From: a virus
Virus record (IMG/VR): IMGVR_UViG_3300029258_003681
Strand: one strand, 5' to 3'
Length of the DNA: 64,000 nucleotides
The notes beneath the pieces are model-generated. The model saw only the letters and a list, made by a program, of their open reading frames with translations, did no database searches and was not told the DNA's origin. Made by a program: the position numbers and the translations under genes. Below are positions 1 through 9,041 of this stretch, piece after piece. Numbering within the stretch: position 1 is the first letter of the stretch; each line of letters opens with the position of its first letter.

Positions 1-13
1 CATTTTTGACGAG

Positions 14-1171
14 GTGCAGGAGTTGCGGCATACGGGGACTGCGAAGTACTCGGCGGCATCGAGGATGTCTGAATCTGCGGAGAACGTATGGGGTCTCTCG
101 GGGACGCCAGTCTACGGGTATGGGCAGGAGATCTGGTCGGTGATGAATGCGATTGATTTTCATTCGTTGGGGTCTCACGAGGCGTTCACGCGGGAGTGGT
201 GCACGGGGTACGGGGAGAAGATCGTGTCCGATCCGAAGGCGTTGAACGGCCATTTGGCGCGCGAGGGTTTGCTCTTGCGGAGGAGGGCGACCGACGAGGA
301 GGTAGCGATCGACTTGCCCAAGGTGATGCGGAAGGTGGAGGACCTAAACCACGATGAACGGCTGTACGATAAGCTGATCAGCAAAGTTCGGCAGCAAGTG
401 CGTTCTTACGATTCGGCAAGATTCCACATTAAAGGGCAGTTGGCGCGATCGATTGAGCGTGAGTCGCGTCGTGCCACGGGGGTGGCGAAGGCTGCATATG
501 TCGCTGAGTTTATTGCGAGCCTGATCGAGAGCGGAGAGCGTCCTCTCGTCTATGCGTGGCACCATGATGTCCACGATATTTATCAAGGACGGTTGAAAGA
601 ATATAATCCTGCAATTTTCACGGGAAAACAGTCGGTGGCCCAGAAGGACGCGAGCCTAAAAAAATACATGAACGGGGATACTCCATTGGCGCTCTTGAGT
701 CTTCGTTCGGCTGCTGGGCTGGATGGCTTGCAGTACCGTGCGTCGATGTGTGTTTTTGGTGAGTTGGACTGGTCGCCTGCGATACATTCCCAGTGTGAGA
801 CGCGGATTGCTCGAATCGGTGTGGACAAGACGCTGGTTGATGTTCCGAGTTATTATTGCGTGACCAGTGTGGGTCATGACGAGATGATGCTTGACGTTTT
901 GGGGGTGAAGACTGGACAGTTCGTTGGGCTGATGGGGGACGAGCCTGAGAGTTACGAGGAGAAGAAGGCTGCGGAGGAGCGTGCAGTTCGCAGAATTGAT
1001 CTGTTGGTGGAAAAACTTGCTGACGAAGAAAAGGATCAGTGGAAAAAACCTCCCAAACAGAATAAGATAAAAAAGAAGCGGTTGAGTGTGTTGCCTCAAA
1101 AGACGAGGAATCGCAGACAGTTGTTAGGTGTTTTCAGTGGGAAGTTGAGAGATGGCAGAGCGAGCGATTGA
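14..1171 (+). CDS. SNF2/SWI2-family (HARP-like) helicase, C-terminal part; 5'-truncated (frame open from base 2)
   Basis: Frame from base 2 reads IFDEVQELR (Walker B); LSGTP (motif III), ELDWSP and QCETRIARIG (motif VI-like). Confidence 0.85.
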   Translation: MQELRHTGTAKYSAASRMSESAENVWGLSGTPVYGYGQEIWSVMNAIDFHSLGSHEAFTREWCTGYGEKIVSDPKALNGHLAREGLLLRRRATDEEVAIDLPKVMRKVEDLNHDERLYDKLISKVRQQVRSYDSARFHIKGQLARSIERESRRATGVAKAAYVAEFIASLIESGERPLVYAWHHDVHDIYQGRLKEYNPAIFTGKQSVAQKDASLKKYMNGDTPLALLSLRSAAGLDGLQYRASMCVFGELDWSPAIHSQCETRIARIGVDKTLVDVPSYYCVTSVGHDEMMLDVLGVKTGQFVGLMGDEPESYEEKKAAEERAVRRIDLLVEKLADEEKDQWKKPPKQNKIKKKRLSVLPQKTRNRRQLLGVFSGKLRDGRASD

Positions 1172-2189
1172 CAAATTCAAACGGATCAAAGCTCTGAAAT
1201 GCTTTAACCAGGTGGAGGAGATGCTGTACGCGGGATTCCCCGTGGCAGCAGTAGCAAGCTACATCCAAGTCAGGATGAACGAATACAAAGATGTGAAGCG
1301 CGGCTCCCTGATTGTTATGTTGAAGATGTTCAGGAAGACGTTGAGCGTGGATGGGTTGGTGCGTTCAAGCCTTCCTCGTGTATTCGTGGATGCGGAGAAG
1401 AAATTCGCGAACAAAATGAATGAGCTGGAGCGCTTGGAAGATCAGTATTTGCTGGACCAGTATCGGATGGATGTCCTTCATGGGGAGGAGCGCATGACGG
1501 GGGCGATTAATCCTCAAGTGGATAAGATCGGCAAGTCGATGCGTGATACTGTTGTAAAGATGCACAATATCAAGATGGATCTGGGGCTTGTTGGCTCTCG
1601 GGATCTGGGGACGATTACTGTGTCGGCGGAGCGTATTGAGTACATCAAAAATAAATATGGCGAGGGCGCTGCGAAGGCGTTTGCCGATCCTGTTTCTAGG
1701 GGCCGTGTGTTGGCTGCACTTAACGCTATCAGGCGTGCGGGTAATTTGCGCGATAAAGATGGGCAACCGTTGGAGCTTACACAGCACATGAAATTGTCTG
1801 ATGAGGAGCGTGAAAAAATAGTAGATGTCGAATATGAGGTTACGGATGGCGATGATGTGCCCGACGATGATGGGGAGGGTGAAGGGTCAGCGGGTGACGG
1901 AGGGCCACCCGAGCCGCCTTTTGTGCCGCGTGGTGACGATTTGAATGAAGCCGAAGGCGAGGAGGATTATGACGAACGTGTAGAAGCTTTGTCGCCAGAT
2001 CTTGAGCCAGGGGACGATGCTGTTCCTCCTCCAGTGAAGGATCCGCGTGTTGAGCCTGTGGAGATGGCTCCTGATCATGGGCGGATTGCGCCGAACTTGC
2101 CTCCTGGTCCAATGAAGCCAGGGATTCGTGCCAATGTTGAGAGTCGTATGACTACGAAGGTTCCGCCTAAGAAGGACAGTAAAGAGTGA
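1152..2189 (+). CDS. Hypothetical protein, positional candidate for terminase small subunit
   Basis: 345 aa; overlaps terL start; helical N-terminal half and acidic Pro-rich tail; no diagnostic motif. Confidence 0.5.
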   Translation: MAERAIDKFKRIKALKCFNQVEEMLYAGFPVAAVASYIQVRMNEYKDVKRGSLIVMLKMFRKTLSVDGLVRSSLPRVFVDAEKKFANKMNELERLEDQYLLDQYRMDVLHGEERMTGAINPQVDKIGKSMRDTVVKMHNIKMDLGLVGSRDLGTITVSAERIEYIKNKYGEGAAKAFADPVSRGRVLAALNAIRRAGNLRDKDGQPLELTQHMKLSDEEREKIVDVEYEVTDGDDVPDDDGEGEGSAGDGGPPEPPFVPRGDDLNEAEGEEDYDERVEALSPDLEPGDDAVPPPVKDPRVEPVEMAPDHGRIAPNLPPGPMKPGIRANVESRMTTKVPPKKDSKE

Positions 2190-4237
2190 TTATCACCAAC
2201 AAGCACGGGCGTAAAAAATCCATTGTTACGCCTGACGAGATTGATATGCGTGCTGGTGAGATTGTCTCTACTTTATCTGAAGCAGAACAGGAATTGTTTT
2301 TCGGGATGATTGACGGCGATGCTGAGGAGCAGATGTCAGTTACCGAGACGATGATGGAGCATCGCTATCACACGCAGCCTGTGTCGATGGAGCAATTCTT
2401 GGAGGATCCCTACTACCTTGGGGAGTCGTGCTCGACGTTGTATCCAGAGTTGCGGAAGGATCTGATTGATCTTTTTGACTATCCATATCGCGAGGTGGTG
2501 TTGACAGGCGGCATTGGCGTGGGCAAGACCTTCGTTCTTTCGATTGCCTTGTGCCGCGTGTTGTACGAGTTGTCATGCCTTGTGGATCCGCAGCGGACGT
2601 TTGGTCTGTCGTCGGGCACCGAGATGGTGATTCCGCTCATTTCGAAAAACTTGATTCTTGCACGTGAGGTGATGAAGACGGCGGTGGATGACAAGATCCG
2701 CGAGTCGGTTTATTTTATGGAGAAATTCGCTCCGAAGATCTCAAAAGAGAACACGGTTTTTCCTAACAATATTCGTGTAATTATAGGGTCGTACGGGTCG
2801 GAGCGTATATTGGGATCGAATGTGTTTGCGGTGGGGTTGGATGAGACGAACTTTCCGCCTACGCGTAAGTCTCAGCAGATCACTACAGCGATTGGGCAAC
2901 GCAAGACGGTTGCGCATTTCGATCCCGTTGAGAAGGTGTATCGAAGCCTGTTGCGTCGTATCAAATCCAGATTTCAGAAGGCTGGAGGGGATTTCCCTGG
3001 GATGGTGATCTTGGCGTCGTCGGCTGCGACGCTGGAGAGTTTTACTGAGCGCAAGATGAAGGAGAGCGCGAACGATCCCGAGGTGTTTGTGCGTGATCAT
3101 ACGCCGTGGACTGCCAAGCCTGAGACGGAGTTTTGCGGTGAGAAGTTCTGGGTTATCTGTTCAACATCGTCTATCCGTGCGCGAATCTTGGATGAAGACG
3201 AGTATGACATGGTCACCGATGATTACTTGCTGGAGAATGATGCATGGCTTATTGACGTTCCAATTGAATTTTTGAACGATTTTGAAACGGATCTGGAGAA
3301 TGCTCTTCGAGATATTGCGGGTATTTCTACACAAGCAATTTCCGCGTTTATCCAGCGTGTTGACATGGTGGATAATTGTGCGGATGACAACTTGCCGCAT
3401 GCGTTTTCGCTGGGGGAATGGACGGCAGGCGGCCCTGGATCATTCAAGTGGAGGCAGCTGTGTAAGGAGTTCGAGCGCAAGCTTCCTGGGGGATTCACAG
3501 AGACGGCGTTCAGTCCTCGCATCAACCCGAAGACATTACGTTGGTGCCATGTGGATACATCAGTCTCGGGCGACTGCACGGGATTTGCTGTGGGGCATAT
3601 TGATCGTTGGGTGGAAGTTGTGCGTAGGGAGGGGGGCAACGAGCGGTACTTGGATGACGCGCCGTTTTACCATATGGACATTATTCTGCGGATCAATCCG
3701 CCGCCAGGCGAGCAGATATATTTGCCTGATATTCGGCGCCTTGTGTACGAACTCCAGGCACATGGTTACAACTTTATGGGGTTCAGTACGGATAAATATC
3801 AGTACGTGGAAATGCATCAACAGGTGAGGCGGAGGGGCATCCATTGTGAATTAATTTCGATGGACGAAAAAACTGATCCGTATGACGAATTGAAGCGTGC
3901 GGTGTACGAGGAACGCATACGCTATCATAGGTATGAGCCTTTTATTGAGGAGTTGAAGCTTCTGGAATATGATCGTCTTGTGGGTAAAATTGACCATCCC
4001 CAGGCTGGGTCAAAAGATGTTAGTGACGCCGTCGCTGGGGTAGTGTATGGTTTATTACAGGGTTCAGCGCGCTTGCCAATTGGCGTCGGAGCTGATACTC
4101 ATAAGAGGAAGAGGCATGAACATGCGTGGGTGAGTCCTATGATTCCTGCATCGACGGTTGACATTGAAGAAGTTAGAGCGATGGCCGATGCGGCAACGGA
4201 TGATTCGGATTTCATGCCTATTTTGTTTGGAGACTAA
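2186..4237 (+). CDS. terL: Terminase large subunit
   Basis: Walker A GGIGVGKT, Walker B VGLDE, nuclease acidic residues HVDTSVSGD and SKDVSDAVAG; upstream of portal. Confidence 0.93.
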   Translation: MIITNKHGRKKSIVTPDEIDMRAGEIVSTLSEAEQELFFGMIDGDAEEQMSVTETMMEHRYHTQPVSMEQFLEDPYYLGESCSTLYPELRKDLIDLFDYPYREVVLTGGIGVGKTFVLSIALCRVLYELSCLVDPQRTFGLSSGTEMVIPLISKNLILAREVMKTAVDDKIRESVYFMEKFAPKISKENTVFPNNIRVIIGSYGSERILGSNVFAVGLDETNFPPTRKSQQITTAIGQRKTVAHFDPVEKVYRSLLRRIKSRFQKAGGDFPGMVILASSAATLESFTERKMKESANDPEVFVRDHTPWTAKPETEFCGEKFWVICSTSSIRARILDEDEYDMVTDDYLLENDAWLIDVPIEFLNDFETDLENALRDIAGISTQAISAFIQRVDMVDNCADDNLPHAFSLGEWTAGGPGSFKWRQLCKEFERKLPGGFTETAFSPRINPKTLRWCHVDTSVSGDCTGFAVGHIDRWVEVVRREGGNERYLDDAPFYHMDIILRINPPPGEQIYLPDIRRLVYELQAHGYNFMGFSTDKYQYVEMHQQVRRRGIHCELISMDEKTDPYDELKRAVYEERIRYHRYEPFIEELKLLEYDRLVGKIDHPQAGSKDVSDAVAGVVYGLLQGSARLPIGVGADTHKRKRHEHAWVSPMIPASTVDIEEVRAMADAATDDSDFMPILFGD

Positions 4238-4240
4238 CGC

Positions 4241-6934
4241 ATGGCATGGCGTGACTGGATAAAGACATATCTGAAACGCGACAAAGAGACCAAGGTCGCG
4301 GATGAATCTCGTGGCGTCTCTATCGGTACCCCACCGACGACGGCGGCGGGTGCCTCGATGGAGACGCATGGGAGCGGCTCTTCGATCCTGGGCGAGATGC
4401 TCGCGGTCGACACCGATCTTATGCGGCGGTACGCGGATTACGAAAACATGGACGACTACGCGGAGACGTGCCTCGGTGCGGATTCGCTTGTTTTCACTGT
4501 TGAGCGTGGGTGGGTGCGGATTCAAGAGTTGGCTGAATCGCGGGAAGATTTCCATGTTTTGGCCTACGATCGAGAACTCAGATCTTTGGTGCCTGCCAGG
4601 GGGTGTGACGCGAGGATGACGGGGAGACGTGGGCATTCTAAGCCCATGGTGCGTGTAGTTCTTGATGATGGCAGGGAAGTGCGTTGCACAGCAGACCATC
4701 TTTTCATGAGGAAGGATGGGTCCTGGGTGAAAGCTGCTGACTTATTGTGTGGGGATCGCTTGATGCCAGGGGTTGTGCGGATGCGGAGTTTAAATTCTGC
4801 TGAGAATCAACCGTACTGGCAAGTGCATCAGCCTCATTCGGATTCTCAGATTGAGGGGAGGCGCCAGGATCGCCAGCAGAGGTGGGTGTGGGTACATCGT
4901 CTTGTGGTCGAGTATATTAATGGGGATATTGACGCTCCTCATGTTCATCACAAAGATGGAAACCCGCTCAACAATGCGCCAGGTAATCTTGAGGGCTTGA
5001 GTTTGTCGGAGCATGCCCATCGTCATATTGCGGGGATTGACAACAGTGAGCATTTTCCTGAGTGGACTGATGATCGTAGGGCAGAAATGGCTCTCCGTAT
5101 GCAGGGGAATGCGTATAGGCGTGGGGCTGTAATGAGCGACCATGCTCGCCGCAAAATATCAGATGCACATACTGGGCGGTCCAAGAGCGAGGAGTGGAAA
5201 AAGAGGATCGGTTTGGCGCAACCGAACCGTATCGATTTGAGACAAAAAGATGTAGAGGCCGCTCTTGAGTCTGGTGGAAGCGTGGCTGGTGCTGCGAGGA
5301 TTCTTGGGGTTTCTTGGAGCAAGGCGAAGCGCGCAGCTGTCGAATATGATTTGCTGGCTGATGGGGGGAATCATCGTGTGATGTCGGTGGAGCGTGTTGC
5401 TGGTGGCGAGCCGGTTTATGATCTTACCGTTCCAGGTTATTCGAATTTCGTGTGTAATGGAGTCGTGGTCCACAATTCGGCGGCTCTGGATATTTACGCG
5501 GACGACGCCACGATTCCCGACAGTGTTCATGGTAAGACGATCTGGGGGACATCTCGTGATCGTGTGATTCGTGACATCATCGACGATTGCCTCCATCGGC
5601 GTTTGCGTCTTGAGGAAGATATCTGGGTTGCGGTGCGTACGCTGTGCAAGTACGGCAACTGCTTCGCTGAGATTCTTGTTAATGAGATTGGTGTAGTTGG
5701 TCTGAATTGGCTCCCTGTTCCTACGATGCGTCGTATTGTGGACGAGAAGGGGGCTTTGATTGGTTTTGTGCAGGATACCACGGGCACATTTGGGTTTGAT
5801 TATAAAGCCGTGGTTGCCGCGATGAAGAAGAGCCGCCTCCCTGACGTTGAGGAAGAGGGTGGCAAGAATAAGCTCATCTTTTTCCGATCCTGGGAGGTTG
5901 TGCATTGGCGCCTCCGTTCGAAGATGATGCGGGCGCAGTATGGCTACAGCGTGTTGGATTCAGCGCGGTGGGTTTGGAAGCGCTTGCAGATGATGGAAGA
6001 CACTGCGTTGGTTCAGAAGCTTACGCGGGCGCCTGGGCGATACGCATTTTATGTTGACACAGGAGATCTTCCGCCGAGGGAAGCGATGGCGCTGGTCAAG
6101 AAGGTGAAGCGCGCCTACAAGAAGAAGAAATTCGTTGATCCTGCGACGGGTCAGCTTGATTTCAAATACAATCCGCTGTCGCCCCACGAGGATTTCTTTA
6201 TTCCTACGCGGGGTGGCAAAGAGAGCACGCGGATTGATGTTGTGTCTGGGCCTGATGTCCAGATGATGGACGATGTCGAGTACTTCCTGCGTAAATTGAT
6301 TGCGGCCATCAAGATTCCTCGGAGCTATCTGGGGCTGGGTGAGGCAGCCGAGGAGACTTCGAAGTCATTGGCCGAGGCTGACGTTCGATTCGCGCGCGCG
6401 TGCATGCGTATTCAGCGCGAATTCATCATGGGCGTACGGAAGATAATCCGTCTGCATATGGCGGCGCTGAACATTGATCCCGACTCGGTTGATTGGAAGA
6501 TCAAGATGTCTGTGCCGAGTGCGATCTTTGAGATGCAGCAGGTTGAGCTGATGAATGCTCAGGCTGCGCTGGCGTCGTCCATGGCCGAATGGGCGAGCAA
6601 GCCGTGGATCTTGCAGCACATCTTCCATTTCACCGAGGACGACTCGGCATTTATATGGCGTGAGAAGACTGAAGAAAACGACGAGACGGCGAAGAAGGAT
6701 GCGGGTACCCAGGCGGACATTATGCGGATGTATCCTGAATTGCAGGAGTTGCCTCCTGTGGGTGATGAGGGTGCTGTTGCCGAGTCGCAGATGGGTGCTG
6801 AGTTGATTGGTTTGAAGAAGGTGCTTCAAGAAACTAGTCAAACGTCTTCCGAAGTGGTAAAAAGATTCGAGAAGCTTGAGTCCCGAATGGTTAAATTGGA
6901 AAAAACCGCAAGGAGACGAGCTGTCTCGGGATAG
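4241..6934 (+). CDS. gp20: Portal protein (T4 gp20-like) interrupted by an intein
   Basis: SAALDIYADDAT, RTLCKYGN, YGYSVLDSARWVW, RAPGRYAFYVDTGDLP, EDFFIPTRGG, DDVEYF...LKIPRSYLG. Confidence 0.93.
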   Translation: MAWRDWIKTYLKRDKETKVADESRGVSIGTPPTTAAGASMETHGSGSSILGEMLAVDTDLMRRYADYENMDDYAETCLGADSLVFTVERGWVRIQELAESREDFHVLAYDRELRSLVPARGCDARMTGRRGHSKPMVRVVLDDGREVRCTADHLFMRKDGSWVKAADLLCGDRLMPGVVRMRSLNSAENQPYWQVHQPHSDSQIEGRRQDRQQRWVWVHRLVVEYINGDIDAPHVHHKDGNPLNNAPGNLEGLSLSEHAHRHIAGIDNSEHFPEWTDDRRAEMALRMQGNAYRRGAVMSDHARRKISDAHTGRSKSEEWKKRIGLAQPNRIDLRQKDVEAALESGGSVAGAARILGVSWSKAKRAAVEYDLLADGGNHRVMSVERVAGGEPVYDLTVPGYSNFVCNGVVVHNSAALDIYADDATIPDSVHGKTIWGTSRDRVIRDIIDDCLHRRLRLEEDIWVAVRTLCKYGNCFAEILVNEIGVVGLNWLPVPTMRRIVDEKGALIGFVQDTTGTFGFDYKAVVAAMKKSRLPDVEEEGGKNKLIFFRSWEVVHWRLRSKMMRAQYGYSVLDSARWVWKRLQMMEDTALVQKLTRAPGRYAFYVDTGDLPPREAMALVKKVKRAYKKKKFVDPATGQLDFKYNPLSPHEDFFIPTRGGKESTRIDVVSGPDVQMMDDVEYFLRKLIAAIKIPRSYLGLGEAAEETSKSLAEADVRFARACMRIQREFIMGVRKIIRLHMAALNIDPDSVDWKIKMSVPSAIFEMQQVELMNAQAALASSMAEWASKPWILQHIFHFTEDDSAFIWREKTEENDETAKKDAGTQADIMRMYPELQELPPVGDEGAVAESQMGAELIGLKKVLQETSQTSSEVVKRFEKLESRMVKLEKTARRRAVSG
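4469..5476 (+). mobile_element. Intein (336 aa) with HNH homing endonuclease in the portal gene
   Basis: Block A CLGADS at 4469, block B VRCTADHLF, block F/G VYDLTVPGYSNFVCNGVVVHN/S ending 5476; internal WVHRLV...HVHHKDGNPLNNAPGNLEGL HNH motif. Confidence 0.95.
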
Positions 6935-6943
6935 GGGTCGATT

Positions 6944-7801
6944 ATGTATGTCCAGGGTTCTGTGATTGACAAAAAGTTCAAAGGCAGTCTGGAGCATCAG
7001 GCGCTTTTGGTAAAAGAGGCGATCCTTGAGCATTTTGGCGATTCGCCTGTGCGGATTCTCGCTACTCATCCCAAGCATGCGTACGCGGTGGACGCGGACG
7101 GTCAGATGCTGAAGGTGACCTACAAGACTGAGAAGGGTGTTGTTGGCGAGGTCAAGGCCAAACCGACGAAGGAAATCCCTGTCATTGAAGATGAGGATAT
7201 TCCTCGTTTTGTTGCAGGGCAGTTGCATGCGATGACCGAGGCTGCTCTCAAAGGCAAGGATGTGCCGCGAACTCAAGTTCGCGAGGTGACCCAGCTCTTG
7301 ACCAGGGACGAGGACTATTGGACGTCGGATATTCTGGAAAAGATCAACGAGGCTGTGGATGCGGCCGAGTGGTTTGGGATGTACGAGGCTAACCAGGAGC
7401 AGATTCGTACCACGTTGTACGGAAAAATCCGCGAGATTGAGAGCCCTTTCCCCACCACTAAATTTGCGAAAATTGCACCATCTAAGCTGTCGAAATTCGA
7501 AGATGAGTTGCGTGAAGCGTTGAATCTCGTTGCCAACTTGGTAACAGAGATGGTTGACGAATGCTCTCAGATGGTGTTTGATCAGGATCAGGATGAATTT
7601 TTCTGTGCTATCTGTGAATCGTTGAAAGTTGAAGCGCAAGCCATAGGTGGTTTGCTCGGCAAGGCCGAAAAGTTGATGCGACCCATGGATATTGGGCGCA
7701 TGGCGGAAGCACATGATAGGCTTGCTGAACGAGCAAAAACCATGGCTGTTGTGACCGCGTACATGAGAACCCGATCGCAACCCAACGACAACGAGGAGTA
7801 G
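6944..7801 (+). CDS. Hypothetical head-region protein
   Basis: 285 aa ORF tightly packed between portal and core gene. Confidence 0.7.
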   Translation: MYVQGSVIDKKFKGSLEHQALLVKEAILEHFGDSPVRILATHPKHAYAVDADGQMLKVTYKTEKGVVGEVKAKPTKEIPVIEDEDIPRFVAGQLHAMTEAALKGKDVPRTQVREVTQLLTRDEDYWTSDILEKINEAVDAAEWFGMYEANQEQIRTTLYGKIREIESPFPTTKFAKIAPSKLSKFEDELREALNLVANLVTEMVDECSQMVFDQDQDEFFCAICESLKVEAQAIGGLLGKAEKLMRPMDIGRMAEAHDRLAERAKTMAVVTAYMRTRSQPNDNEE

Positions 7802-7805
7802 AAAA

Positions 7806-8819
7806 ATGGGAAAACGAGCAATCCACACTTCTCTCGAAGAGGATCTTCAGAATCTTGGACTGCCAAGTTTCAACATGGCCGAGCAGGCTGCGTTGGGTGG
7901 CGTTCCTCTGACCGAGGAGAAGGACAAAGATGGTAGTGTCGCCGAGGGTGACGACGATCCCACATGCCCGAAGTGCAAAGCCAAGATGGAAGAGGGCAAA
8001 TGCACGAAGTGCGATCATGTAATGGAGTCCAAGGACGAAGATGTCGATAGCACCAATGCCGAGGATTCCGAAGGTGATGATCCCCTGGAGGGCGAGGTCG
8101 TCAACGAGGAGTTGTTCTCTGCGATTATGGAGCTGCCGTTCGAGGGGCTTCAGGCCGAGGATATCGAGGAGATTCTAGAGAAGCTTGCGGAGAAAAAGCT
8201 TCCCGAGGATTCCTCTGAAGAACTCAAAGAGCGTGCCAATGAGGTCGTGGACTTCCTGCTGGCCGAGGTTGCCGCGAAAGTCACGCGCCGACACAAGGCA
8301 GGCAAGATGAGCGCGAAGAAGTCCTTCCAGTGTCCTCCTGGAACACGGCGTGTTGGTAAGACCCGCAAGTGTGAAAAAGCTGCGAAGGTTGCCGGTGGCA
8401 AAGGCAAGCTTATGAAGGAGAAGCGCAAGAAAGTCAGATGGGGCAAGAGTGGCCTGGGTGCGAAATCCCAGCGCAAGTCTGCCCGCATAGCGAAGCGTCG
8501 AGAAGATGTCGATTCTCCATTCGCGATGGAGCTGGCTGGGTTGCTGGAAGACAACCAGACGGAGGCGATCACGGTACGTGACGATCTCCTTGATCGTGTC
8601 GGCAACATCATGGAAATGCTCGCTGAGGAATTCGCAGATGAGGCTGTGACGCGGGTTCTGGAAGAGGCTTACGAGCCGATCGCGGCATCCTGGGATGCGG
8701 GGCGTCTGGACGAGGACGTCATGGACGAGGACGAGTTTATTGCTGAAATCAAGCCGGTTCTTACCCTGATCCACAAGTCGCTGGAAAAAATCGGGGCTGA
8801 GGAAGAACTGGGAAACTGA
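7806..8819 (+). CDS. Putative prohead core protein (acidic with K/R-rich segment, gp67/gp68-like position) with CxxC..CxxC motif
   Basis: SD GAGGAG; CPKC...CTKC; acidic blocks flank a basic block; lies before the protease. Confidence 0.6.
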   Translation: MGKRAIHTSLEEDLQNLGLPSFNMAEQAALGGVPLTEEKDKDGSVAEGDDDPTCPKCKAKMEEGKCTKCDHVMESKDEDVDSTNAEDSEGDDPLEGEVVNEELFSAIMELPFEGLQAEDIEEILEKLAEKKLPEDSSEELKERANEVVDFLLAEVAAKVTRRHKAGKMSAKKSFQCPPGTRRVGKTRKCEKAAKVAGGKGKLMKEKRKKVRWGKSGLGAKSQRKSARIAKRREDVDSPFAMELAGLLEDNQTEAITVRDDLLDRVGNIMEMLAEEFADEAVTRVLEEAYEPIAASWDAGRLDEDVMDEDEFIAEIKPVLTLIHKSLEKIGAEEELGN

Positions 8820-9037
8820 CGAGCCGCCTCGGCGAGGCGAAATGGCGACGCCGTTTAGGGACATCGTCGGGGCGCAAGGAGCTGGTAGGGTTTGAGTCGC
8901 TCAAAAAAGCTGCTCGGGGTGATGGGAAAAAGACGGATAGACGAGTCTCCCCTGAAGCCAAGAGGAAACTCGACAGGAACCCACTTGCACGAACATCGTT
9001 CCGGCGGTGGCGTGGAAAAACTGGCAAGAGAGGGTGA
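8810..9037 (+). other. Predicted -1 frameshift site (G GGA AAC) and 75-codon start-less extension frame
   Basis: In-frame heptamer at 8810-8816 directly before the stop; hairpin CGCCTC-GGC-GAGGCG at 8825-8839; -1 frame open to TGA 9035-9037 and closed upstream by TGA 8798-8800. Confidence 0.65.
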
Positions 9038-9041
9038 TGAA

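Noticed and set aside
8892-9041. Extended protease start at 8892
   Set aside because: TTG start with no homology-like content; ATG 9042 has an SD, and the region is better explained by the -1 extension of the upstream gene
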